Of a stretch of DNA of 64,000 nucleotides, positions 1 through 11,405 are shown in pieces. Numbering within the stretch: position 1 is the first letter of the stretch; each line of letters begins with the position of its first letter. The DNA comes from Octopus vulgaris (lineage: Eukaryota): NCBI GenBank assembly GCA_951406725.2, contig OX597821.1, forward strand, positions 6,138,001 to 6,202,000, written 5' to 3'. The notes beneath the pieces are model-generated. The model was not told the DNA's origin. It saw only the letters and a list, made by a program, of their open reading frames with translations, and made no database searches. The translations under genes and the position numbers were made by a program.

Positions 1-35
<35 letters not shown>

Positions 36-286
36 GTACAGTATGTGATATATATATATATACCATATATATATTTTATATATTTCCTCTGCCTTCCCTT
101 CTATATATCTTTCCTTCTCCTATGTTTATTGTAAACGGTAAGAAGAGCTCCGCCTCAAATTATGTAAATAAACCCTCCTTCTTTCCTTCTTTCCTGAGCG
201 TCCAATAATACTATATTTCAGTTCCACATCCTTGCGTTGTTGTTTGGTGTTGTTTTCTTGTTTGGATTAACTTTATATATATATAT

Positions 287-332
<46 letters not shown>

Positions 333-1044
333 TTTCAAATGGAATTGTATGAAGAAATATATTGTTTGACCAGGAATAACTTGTTAGCTGAATCTATCTT
401 CCTTTAATGAATTTTTTATATACATGCATACATATATATATATATGTGTGTGTGTGTGTATGTGTGTGCGTGTATCTGTGTTTGTCCCCCCCCAACATTG
501 CTTGACAACCGATGCTGGTGTGTTTATGTCCCCACAACTTAGCGGTTCGGCAAAAGAGGCCGATAGAAAAAGTACTAGGCTTACAAAGAATAAGTCCTGG
601 GTCGACTTGCTCGACTAAAGGCGGTGCTCCAGCATGGCTGCAGTCACATAACTGAAACAAGTAAAGAGTATATATTATTTCTTTATTTCTTTTACTTATT
701 TCAGTCATTTGACTGTGGCCATGCTGGAGCACCCCCTTTAGTCAACGAAACTGACACCAGGACTTATTCTTTGTAAGCCTAGTATTTATTCTATTGGTCT
801 CTTTTGCCGAACCACTATGTTACAGGGACATAAACACACCAGCATCGGTTGACAAGCAATGGTAGGGGGACAAACACAGACAAACAAATACATGCATATA
901 TGTATATCTGACAGGCTTCTTTCAGTTTCTGTCAACCAAATTTTACTCACAAGGCTTTGGTCGGCCCAAGTCTATAGTAGAAAACACTTGCCCAAGGTAC
1001 CATGCAGTGGGACTGAACACAGAGCCATGTGGTCTGGAAGCATG

Positions 1045-2075
1045 TGTAAGTGTACACTCGAGTGAAATTCCTCTCCTCTATATTGTATATACATACAAAC
1101 GTAGGAGATAACAGCTAGCCTTTGGCTGCATTTTGGACCCTATTGTGTCCACTACTCTGATTGGTTGGTATTGGCGCAATTTGTCTCTTGCTCTGTCACG
1201 CGCCTATATGCATCCCAACCAATCACAGCCTTTAAATAAGGTTACATGTGACAGCCTGTTTTCTACCCAGCATTGAGTCTACAACTTCTTATAAAACTCC
1301 AGCTTCTCGTTTCGAGGTCTTTCGGTATCAGACCTTTTAAGGTCTAGCCACTGACCACACAAGACACTGCCAGTTCCAGTCACAACACAGCAGCAGCCAC
1401 GTAGAGACTCACCAACTTCGTCCAACAGCATTCGGCGACCTCCATCTCCATTGCCACCATTCGTCCCAATGTCAACATCTCTCTACATACTTGCACTGGT
1501 TACAACACTGCACTGTTCGTGAATTACTCCACCATGGATCAACAGTGAATATACAATATGAGAGAACTCCTGTACCAAGTGACCTAGGCAGCAGTCACAA
1601 CCTCATGTACAATACGTACCATAACCGGCTCTACATCATCACCACAACTTCTTGATACAGTATTTCAACTATCATGTACAATTGACTACAAAGTGGTATT
1701 ATTATTCATCTTTCTTGTGTCTATGAACTTACTCCTCACTTCGATGGCTATAGACTCTTTCGCTGTCTTTTCTTCATCGCCATCCTTATATGGTCTTAAC
1801 ATGCTTACGTCTATGTCTATATGCACACGCATACATCTTGTTCTTATGACAGCCTGTCTATTATTCTGTCTATTATATGACATACACACAACCACACATG
1901 TTAACATATCAATAAATCTTCTCTTAAACATTCTTTCCCGTTGTGTCTCTTTTTTTCCCTCTGGCACTTATATGCATTATTCTATCTATATTTATTGTAT
2001 CGACCATGTGATGAACAAAGGAGCCATTCTCATCACCTCGCTTCGCACAGACGTTACATATTGGTGATCTGTTCC
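1045..2075 (+). mobile_element. Gypsy-like LTR (about 1014 bp) followed by a primer-binding-site-like sequence
   Basis: TGTAA...TTACA termini (1045-2058), CCAAT, TATAAAA near 1289, AATAAA near 1911, then TATTGGTGA; interrupts a SINE. Confidence 0.7.
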
Positions 2076-2364
2076 AGGTCCTTGAAGCTACACAAGTAAT
2101 TATAATGAGAGGAGATACTCCACAGGTACCATATATATATGCACATAAATATAAATATAAATAGACATAAATATAAATATACATGCACAGGAATATAACT
2201 ATTATGTAGGAAGGGTCAAAATCCAAGCAGTGTCTTATTGAAGCACATCTTATTCCAGTTACACATGTAGTTGTTATATTTATTTGAGGAGGTGCACAGA
2301 AATATATATGTATATATATATATAGTATCAAGTAAATGTAATAAATCTGCCTTTTATCATAAAT

Positions 2365-2421
<57 letters not shown>

Positions 2422-2523
2422 TGGCTGTGTGGTAAGTAGCTTGCTTGCCAACCACATGGCTCCAGGTTCAATTCCACTGCTTTGTGAGTGGATTTGGTAG
2501 ACAGAAACTGAAAGAAGAGCATC

Positions 2524-2561
<38 letters not shown>

Positions 2562-2689
2562 CAATGTGTGTGTGTGTGTGTGTATACATGCATACATACA
2601 TACATATATATATATATAAACAGGATGTCAGGAAAGACCTGGAATGGAATGGGAAAAGTTTGTAATAGTTCAGATGTAGACAGGTACAC

Positions 2690-3300
2690 TCCAGTGTAAG
2701 GTAGAAATGGAGACCATAATATTTGTGAGGCATGATGGGACAAAATACCACTAAGGACTTCTCTCCAGTCTCGTGGCCATATAAACTTGCATGAGCTCAC
2801 GACAGCAGAACATCTTGTAGGGTGGGTGGGGGTGGGGGTCCTGTGATCCTTCTTCAGTCCTCAATACATCAATGTTTGGTTTACTTTTGTTGCAGCAGCC
2901 AGTTTTCTGAAAGCATGATGAGAATTTTGCAGTATCTTTTCTCTGTTTTTTTTTTTGATAAACTGAAGGGTCCGCACACTTTTTTCAGCAACCACTTCCA
3001 GGTCACTCAGTGGTGGAACCAGTCTCTTGAAATTTCTTGACAATTTTCCAAACTGTTGTTCAATTAATTTTAAACTGTTTTGCTATAGCTGTATTACTTT
3101 TGCCTCCTTCGTGGCTGGTTATGATTGTATTTCAGCCTATAGCCATTATCTAATTTATAAATCTGAATTTATTTAGTCTGAAACAAAAAGAAGACACACT
3201 AAGCTTTTATAATGATGCATAATTTTCATATCTTATCACATTTATTAATAGTTATTAAAGCCTGAAACTTCGGTTGCCTTTATTTTGGGACACCCTCTGT
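2690..3300 (-). mobile_element. Degenerate Tc1/mariner-like remnant
   Basis: TIR-like ACAGAGGGTGTCCCAAAATAA at the 3300 end; decayed ORF fragments on the - strand. Confidence 0.4.
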
Positions 3301-3876
3301 GTGTGTGTGTTTTTAATTGTTCATTGGACAAATGGACAGCAGTATTTAATTTTTAACATTACTCAAAATTAGATGGGAGGAAGTGATAAGTAAATAAAAT
3401 TCAATAAAACTCTTTAACTATAATTTCATCATTTAATTTGACAGAAATAGAACTGAATTAAATTGAAAAGAAAAAAAACATATATAGAAATGTGCATGCA
3501 TGTGTGTGTGTGTGTGTGTGTTTGTGTTCATATATTTAAACATTACAGAGACTCACTGTGGGTGAAATAGGAATGTCAGTATATTCTTTCTATACTAATA
3601 ATATGTAGGTAAAAGAGGGAGTCTCTTGATGGACCATCTCAGGGTTTGTTGCTGCTCTTCAGAGATGAACCTGGCTACCTTCCTTCGCCAGTCATGACTA
3701 TCATAGATTAGCTGTTATTTAAAGCAATTATAACTTAACCTTGCACTGTGATCGGGAAGTAAGCTGGGTATGTCTTCTCTAAGGAGTGCTCAACAAATTG
3801 TAAAATAGTCTATCAGGAGAACTATCTTTCTGATTTTTCTGTACAACAACAACAAAGAAAAATTGCTTCACACTAT

Positions 3877-4050
3877 TTAAATTTGTCCAGTTCTTATCTT
3901 TGGGGAGACATATCCAGGTGTGGGTGGTTTGTCCAGGACTGTTTGAAGGAATTTGTCCAAAGACTTCTTGAATTTTGTGTGGTCAGTTTCTGTTTTGACG
4001 TGTCCTGGTGTAATGTTGAAGAGAGCGGGTCCAATTGAGGTGAAATAACA
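3877..4050 (-). mobile_element. CR1/L2-type LINE ORF2 C-terminal remnant
   Basis: SIGPALFNITP...FKKSLDKFLQTVLDKPPTPGY resembles the GPxLFNxLP...FKxxLDxFL...PxxPGY terminus. Confidence 0.6.
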
Positions 4051-4202
4051 TGGGTTAATCAAAGGCGAGTCGTCAGAATCACAAAATATGCAAATTAAGC
4101 AATCCATCATGGTGCAGTCCTAATTTAAGACAGATGACCAACACTAATGATTAGGAAAGGAAACCAAGTATGTTTCTTCTGAGGAGCTATCAACAAACTT
4201 CT

Positions 4203-4597
4203 GGAGGCGCAATGGCCCAGTGGTTAGGGCAGCGGACTCGCGGTCGTAGGATCGCGGTTTCGATTCCCAGACCGGGCGTTGTGAATGTTTATTGAGCGAA
4301 AACACCTAAAGCTCCACGAGGCTCCGGCAGGGGATGGTGGTGATCCCTGCTGTACTCTTTCACCACAACTTTCTCTCACTCTTAATTCCTGTTTCTGTTG
4401 TACCTGTATTTCAAAGGGCCGGCCTTGTCACTCTCTGTGTCACGCTGAATATCCCCGAGAACAACGTTAAGGGTACACGTGTCTGTGGAGTGCTCAGCCA
4501 CTTGCACATTAATTCCACGAGCAGGCTGTTCCGTTGATTGGATCAACCGGAACCCTCATCGTCATAACCGACGGAGTGCTTCCATTCCATCAACAAC
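4203..4597 (+). mobile_element. tRNA-derived SINE, family C (also about 49112-49310; related at about 33940-34265 and 51415-51690)
   Basis: A box TGGCCCAGTGG, B-box-like GGTTTCGATTCC, simple-repeat tail; CpG-rich, so likely young. Confidence 0.8.
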
Positions 4598-5143
4598 CTA
4601 TAAGATGGTCTCTCAATTTCCACATATGCTTTGAAATGCAGTTGCATTTTCCAGGAAGAAATGGTGAATGAGCTGTTGAGCTAATATTATCAATATGAGA
4701 AAGAAGAGCTCTTTCAGGCCTATATAGCTTGTTAATAGCATAGAAAGAATATGCATACATTCTTATTTCAGCCAAGGTGAGGTTTTATAATGTTTAAATC
4801 TATAAACACACTCACTCATGTTGTACAGGATGAAGTATGCTAAAAGCATGCAACTGTTACATTGTGGTATTAAAATAGGTGACACATTATGTCTGACCCT
4901 CAAGAACAGTTCTTCTGTTCAGTTCGAACATTCTTTCAGTTTACCAAATTTCATTCTGAAGAGTTGGACCGACTTAGGGTTATAGTAAATGTCTGCCCAA
5001 AGTGCTACAGAATGGGATCCAACTTGAAACCATAGATGTAAAATGATTTTGACTTTGTTATCCACATAGCATGGCTATGTGGATAAGAATTTCAGTCACT
5101 AAGGGTATGCAATTAAGCAAAATCAACTGTATGTATATATGTA

Positions 5144-6063
5144 TAAGAGGACGCTGAAAAGTTCTTGGTTTTGGGCAAAAGAAAATACAGGAGGATCAGT
5201 TAATTATGATTTTATCCAACATATTCCCCCTCTCAGATTCACACATTTATTGCAGCAGACCTTCAGTTATTTTCTAAGCCTGGTAAAAAGAACTCGGAAT
5301 CTTAGGCCTCCAAGCAGGCCTCTGTAGCAGCGATCACTTCCAAATCAGAGTGAAATTTCGTTCCCTTGAGATGTTTCTTCAGTTATGAAAAGAGGTGATA
5401 GTCAGAGTGGCAGGAAAGTCAAGAAAATAAGGTGGATGATCATCGACAACTCAAAGCCAAAGCTTTAGAGTTTCATGTGCTGTGTGTGCTGGTATTGTTG
5501 TTGTTGTTGGCATCCTTTTGTCTCGTGAGACAATGGAGTTGCACATAAAATAATCCAGTCTGGTTTTTACACCTCATGTCTGCCACTTTTTACAGCAGCA
5601 CTGAAGTGTCCTCTCCAGTTTTGTGCTGGCCTGGGCTAGATGTAAGAAAATCCTGGGGAGCCCAATCATCAGGATTTCTCTCTTGACTTTGCTGACATAG
5701 TCCAAAGGAGTCCAGAGCATTACATTTGGTACCAGCTTGGTTGTAGGAGCTGCCGGGAGAGTATCGAGTCGAACACTAAACCACCTATGGGACTCCACTC
5801 AGGATTTCTTTGAAGGTTGTCTCCTTTCTGTAACCCTGGATAGGGGCCTATACCAGGTACTGTCAGCCAGGGCCGTCAGGCAGGGTCATCACTCCCTGAA
5901 GTAGTGAAAAAATCGCTACCCACTACCTACTGTCCTGCAAAAATAGGGTATTTCAGTAGTTCTTCAGTTTTTCCTAAGCCCTGTAAAAGAACTCAGAAGG
6001 TTGGAACCTCAACCAGGTCTTTCATGATACACTTAAAGCCAGGAACTTTTCAGCACCCCCTCA
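5144..6063. mobile_element. Non-autonomous mariner-like element with a nested insertion (about 5490-5940, resembling an RTE 5' leader on the - strand)
   Basis: TIRs TAAGAGGACGCTGAAAAGTTCTTGG and CCAGGAACTTTTCAGCACCCCCTCA, flanked by TA. Confidence 0.6.
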
Positions 6064-6560
6064 TATATGTCCCAGGCATGGCTTCAAACTGCACACAGTT
6101 GTGGGTCCCTGGTTTGGATGTTCCAGGGTTTTGAGAAGCATGGAACCACTTCTTAGCCACTATTGTTCAGGTTGCCACTGACCCAGAGTACTAGCACCTG
6201 TCAGCATCCCAGCTATGGGTCAGTAAGTATGTTAGGGCAAGCCTACCCATGCATGCAAGGACTGGGTCTGGCAGATTCTGTGGAAGAAACTTTTATGGTT
6301 CAACAGCAGGAAAGGCAGCTGCAACAGTACATTGTGGATTGCAGAGAACAAGATGAGGCAAGGAAGACATCTTGATCATCCATTGCATCCGTCTCCAGCC
6401 TTAGTCATCTTAACCTGGTCTTACCAGTTGACTGAAGATGGTCATGGATGAGAGAGTGAGGTTGACTGTACACAACACTTCACTTTAAACAAAGTCATCA
6501 GTCACAGATCACTAGATGGTCCACATTGCTCCAACAGAGAAACATGATATATGTATTACA

Positions 6561-6740
6561 GTTCTATATTTAAGAGATGAGGAATTATGTACATTATTTA
6601 CATTCAACGGATATTTGTCCTCATCTTTTGGCTGATATACCCTCCAGCCTTCTTCAGGTGTCTTGGGGGAAATTTCAAACCTGGGTTCTCATTCCTAAGT
6701 TATTTTTCAATGTTATTATAATTATGATTATTATTATTAC

Positions 6741-6789
<49 letters not shown>

Positions 6790-6956
6790 GTTCAGATCAC
6801 TGCTTGGAATCGAACTTGGAATCTTGGGGTTAGTAGCCTGCGCTCTTAACCACTATGCCATATGCCCATGGGCATAGTGGTTAAGAGTGCAGGTTACTAA
6901 CCCCAAGATTCTGAGTTTGATTCCAAGCAGTGACCTGAACAATAATAATAGTAATG

Positions 6957-7021
<65 letters not shown>

Positions 7022-7162
7022 AAGAAGAATCGTTTAACGTCCGCTTTCCATGCTAGCATGGGTTGGACGATTTTTACTGAGGGCTGGTGAGCCAGATGGC
7101 TGCACCAGGCTCCAATCTTGATCTGGCAGAGTTTCTACAGCTGGATGCCCTTCCTAACGCCA

Positions 7163-7196
<34 letters not shown>

Positions 7197-7331
7197 TCGA
7201 AAAACACCTTTGGAATGAGAACCCAGGTTCGAAATTTCCCCAGGACACCTGAAGAAGGCTGGAGAGTATATCAGCCGAAATGTTGTGTTAACAACAAATA
7301 TCCATTGAATGTAAATAGTGTAAATAATGTA
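6561..7331. mobile_element. Inverted dimer of a tRNA-head + (AAT)n + hammerhead repeat (Penelope-like or retrozyme-like)
   Basis: Minus copy 6561-6870, plus copy 6871-7331; an RTE tail fragment is nested at about 7030-7163. Confidence 0.75.
7245..7288 (+). ncRNA. Minimal type I hammerhead ribozyme motif
   Basis: ACAC-CTGAAGA-A-GGCTG-gagagtatat-CAGCC-GAAA-TG-TT-GTGT: stem I ACAC/GTGT, intact core, stem II GGCTG/CAGCC, minimal stem III. Confidence 0.75.
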
Positions 7332-7773
7332 TGATATATGTATGTTGAATGTCCATTGACTCTATTGAGTTCATCAGTTCTTTCATTGGAGTGAAATATC
7401 CCTAAAACTAACCCTAGTCTTTGTTTATAAATCTCTCTAGGAAAAGAAAACTCTGAAATAACGCCAGCATCATAGCAAAGCAAGAGTTTTTGCTCCTGCC
7501 TCTTTCTGAACAATTTGGTTTTGTAGGCAAGAGTCTTAGCAGTGTTGCCTAAGATGATTTTTGGTTTTAAATTTCAACAACAGGAGTGGCTGTGTGGTAA
7601 GTAGCTTGCTTACCAACCACATGGTTCCGGGTACATTCCCACTGTGTGGCACCTTGGGCAAGTGTCTTCTACTATAGCTTCAGGCCAACCAAAGCCTTTT
7701 ATGAGTGGATTTGGTAGACGGAAACTGAAAGAAGCCCGTTGTATAAGCGGACACTAAACGATGATGATGATTA

Positions 7774-7819
<46 letters not shown>

Positions 7820-9319
7820 ATATGTTTGTGTGTCTGTGTTTGCCCCCCCCCCCCCACATCGCTTGACGACCGATGCTGGTGTGTTTACGTTCAGTGGGAC
7901 TGAACCCAGAACCATGTGGCTCATAAGCAAGCTACTTACCACACAGCCACTTCTACGCATTCCATTCATCTTTATATTCTGAGTTCAAATTCTGCCAAGA
8001 TCAACTTTGCCTTTCATTCTTTCATGGATGATAAAATAGGCACCAGTCATACATTGGGGTCAGTGTAATCGACTCATCCCTTTCCCCCAAAATTGCTGGC
8101 CTTGTGGCAAAATTTTAAATCAATGTTTCAAACATTTTTGGATAATAGACCTTCCATGGGAGAGAAAGAGAAGAGAATAAAAATATCTGTTATTTGAATA
8201 ATAGCTTACGGAGAGGATTTTGCTGAATGTTGAAGGGAGAAATGTCTTTGACAGAACTGAGAGTAATGTGTTTTGCAGGAATGGATTTTTTAGGAATGTT
8301 TCTGGGAAGTTTGCTATTAATGAGTTTGCTAAATTTATTCATTGTCTTCAAAGAAATCTGTGCTAATGGACTTGCTACATTTAGATTTGAATTTATCAGC
8401 CGCACAGCTACACAACCATGTTGTCAATCGGTTTTTCAAAACCAAAAATAGTCTAGAGAATATCGTCGTTGTTATTATCATCATCATCATCATCATCATC
8501 TTATTTCTTTATTGCCCGCAAGAGGCTAAATACACAGAGGACAAACAAGGACAGGTACACGGATTAAGTCGATTACACCGACCCCAGTGCATAACTGGTA
8601 CTTAATTAATCGACCCTGAAAGGATGAAAGGCAAAGTCGACCTCGGCGGAATTTCTTCTCTCCTTCTCATACACTTTTTCAATTCCCTATCTCTGTCTTA
8701 TCTCTTACTTTCTCTCTAGTTTAGTGCTTAGTCTTCTTTTCTCCTCCTTGAATCCCTCTCTCTCTCTCTCTCCCTCTTACTTTTCTTCACATACCTCTCT
8801 CTTTGTTTTCAAATTTTTCTATTTCTTTCTCAATCTCTCTCTTTCTCTCACTCTCAACTTCAATAACTTCTCTATTTTAAAAAAAATCAAACTCTCCAAT
8901 ATCCGCCTTTCTCTTTATTTGTTGCTCTTCTTTTCTCTCCATCCTATCTTCTACTCCTTCTTCTTAAATCCCTATCCAGCTCCATCACTGCTGGTACCAC
9001 ATAGAAAGTACCCAGTGGCATGCTGGAAAAAAGGCCAGGCTCCAGTCTGATTTGGCGTGCTTTTCTACAGCTGGATGCCATTCTTAACGCCAACCACTCC
9101 GAGATTGTAATGGGTATGGGTGCCATTTGAGTGACACCGATATCTGCTATGACTGTGATTTTGCTTGGCTTGATGGGTCTTCATCTCAAGCACGACATAA
9201 TGCCAAAAGGTCTCGGTCACTGTCTCCATGACATCCATTGCTTGAAAGGAACTCAGCCACCTCACATCCATGAGGCCCAACACTCAAAAGTTCATTCTGA
9301 TGTCTTCTTTATCTCATAA

Positions 9320-9692
9320 CTAGCAGTATCGCCCGGCGTTGCTCGGGTTTGTAAGGGAAATAACTATAAAGCATTTTTAGAGAGTTATAGCCAAAAAATG
9401 GAAAAAAATTATGGTAAATTTTTTTTGAGAGTAAAAAAAGGTGGATTTGCGTCCCCTAGACAGTTTGCGGTTTGTGTTTCTGATTCTCGACCCCATGTCG
9501 AATTTATCGATTTTTTTCAGAACTGGGGGAACTTTTCAAAATTTTCGCTGCGTTAGTTTTGAATTATGACATTGGGCTATGTGTGTGTCAAGTTTCATCA
9601 GAATCGGTTGAAAGCCGTGGTCAGGGTGAGGGTACGAGAAAACAGACACACAGAAACACGCACAGACAAACTGCCGTTTATATATAGAGAGA
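9320..9692 (-). mobile_element. Non-autonomous Helitron
   Basis: On the - strand: A|TC start, subterminal hairpin CCCGAGCAACGCCGGG, CTAG|T end. Confidence 0.8.
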
Positions 9693-10011
9693 TGAATACT
9701 CAATTAATGTCTTTATGTTCTCTGATGATCATATCAATTTTCTCCTTTTTCTCATTGGTAAATTTCATCAATTTATGTAATATGCTGTGTACCATCAATA
9801 TATGCTTGATACACTCTATTTATTTGCATATACACTCATTCTGCTATTAATTATTCTATTTACACTATATTACACTATGTGCTATTATTAGTTTTTATAT
9901 TCATCTTACTGAGAAATATCATGTATTCATCTTTGGCCAATTTACTTATTGCACTGCCTCAATATATTTCTTGCTTTGAGCAAAATGGAAAATAGAAATA
10001 ATCCTTTCAAA

Positions 10012-10428
10012 GGCGGCGAGCTGGTAGAAACGTTTGCACACCAGGCAAAATGCTTAGTGGCATTTCGTCTGCTGCTACGTTCTGAGTTCAAATTCTGCCA
10101 TGGTCGACTTTGCCTTTCATCCTTTCGGGGTCGATTAAATAAGTACCAGTTATGCACAGGGTCAATATAATCAACTTAATCCATTTGTCTGTCCTTGTTT
10201 GTCCTCTCTGTGTTTAGCCCCTTGTGGGTAGTAAAGAAATAGGTATTTCGTCTGTCGCTATGTTCTGAGTTCAAATTCCACCGAGGCAACCTTTGCCTTT
10301 CATCCTTTCAGGGTTGATTAAATAAGTACCAGTTATGCACTGGGGTGGATATAATTGACTTAATCTGTTTGTCTGTTCTTGTTTGTCCTCTCTGTGTGTA
10401 ACCTCTTGTGGGCAGTAAAGAAATAAGA
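10012..10428 (+). mobile_element. SINE family B with an internal tandem duplication (other copies about 27614-27825 +, 46745-46957 -, 50025-50217 -, 54345-54560 -)
   Basis: GGCGGCGAGCTGGTAGAA head, GAGTTCAAATT B box, and a GCCTTTCATCCTTTCGGGGTCGA core repeated throughout the window. Confidence 0.75.
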
Positions 10429-11367
10429 AATAATACTTTCTACTATGAGATCAAGGCCTGAAATTTGGGGGTAGAGGACAAGTTGATTACATTGACCCTA
10501 GTGCTCAACTGGTACTTAAATTATTGACCCCGAAAGGATGAAAGGCAAAGTCGACCTCAGCAGAATTTGAACTGAGATGAAGTGCCGTAAGCATTTCACC
10601 TGGTTTTGAAATTACAGATTGAAAATTTAGAAGACCAAGGTGTGCTGCTGCTCCCTTATATCACCATCAAGCCAAGGGAAATCATGGTCGTGGCTGATCT
10701 AGTGTCACATAACTGGCACCTTTCAAACGTTGGGCCTCATGGAGGCAAGGTATCCGATGCCTGTGACACGTAAAAAGCATCTTTTGAGTGTTAGGCCTCA
10801 CGGAGGCAATGACAGATGACCAAGACCTTTGGCAGTACACCATGCTTGAGATGAAAACCCATCAAGCCAAGTGAAACTGTAGTCATGGCAGATACTGGTC
10901 TCATGCAAATGGCACCCATGCCGGTGGCATATAAAAGCACCTGTAACACTCTTGGAGTGGGTGGTGTTAGGAAGGGCATCCAGCTGTAGAAACCATGCCA
11001 GATTAGACAAGAGTCTGGTACAACCTTCCAGCCAGCTAGCCCTGGTCAAAATGTCCAACCCATGCCATCATGGACAACAGATGTTAAATGATGATGATCA
11101 TAATCATCATCATCATCATTACCATCTTTTAATGTTCACTTTTCATGCTAGCATGAGTTGGACAGCTTGACCAGAGCTGTATATAGATACATATATTTAC
11201 AGCTCCTTTTTTTTTCTCTCCTTGTATTTTTCTGTGTCCCTTTCTGTAGAAGAGTGTAGGGTCGAAATGTAAAAGACTTTTTCTATTCCTGAGCGTTATA
11301 CTAATACATCTGTTTGTTTTGTACACCACCTGTCTTCGTCTTTTGTTTTTTTTTGTGAACTCTCCCC

Positions 11368-11402
<35 letters not shown>

Positions 11403-11405
<3 letters not shown>

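Noticed and set aside
3635-3667. Possible hammerhead on the - strand (CATCT-CTGAAGA-GCAGCAAC-AAAC-CCTG-AGATG)
   Set aside because: Stem I is plausible, but GAAA, stem II and the UH site are all defective; too degenerate to call.
4203-4280. tRNA gene candidates (also 6871-6935 and 52238-52310)
   Set aside because: Stems are imperfect and the sequences run on into repeat bodies; they are SINE or element heads, not functional tRNAs.
8190-8452. Minus-strand ORF or terminal exon candidate
   Set aside because: Poor pyrimidine tract, no recognisable protein and no compatible upstream coding exon.
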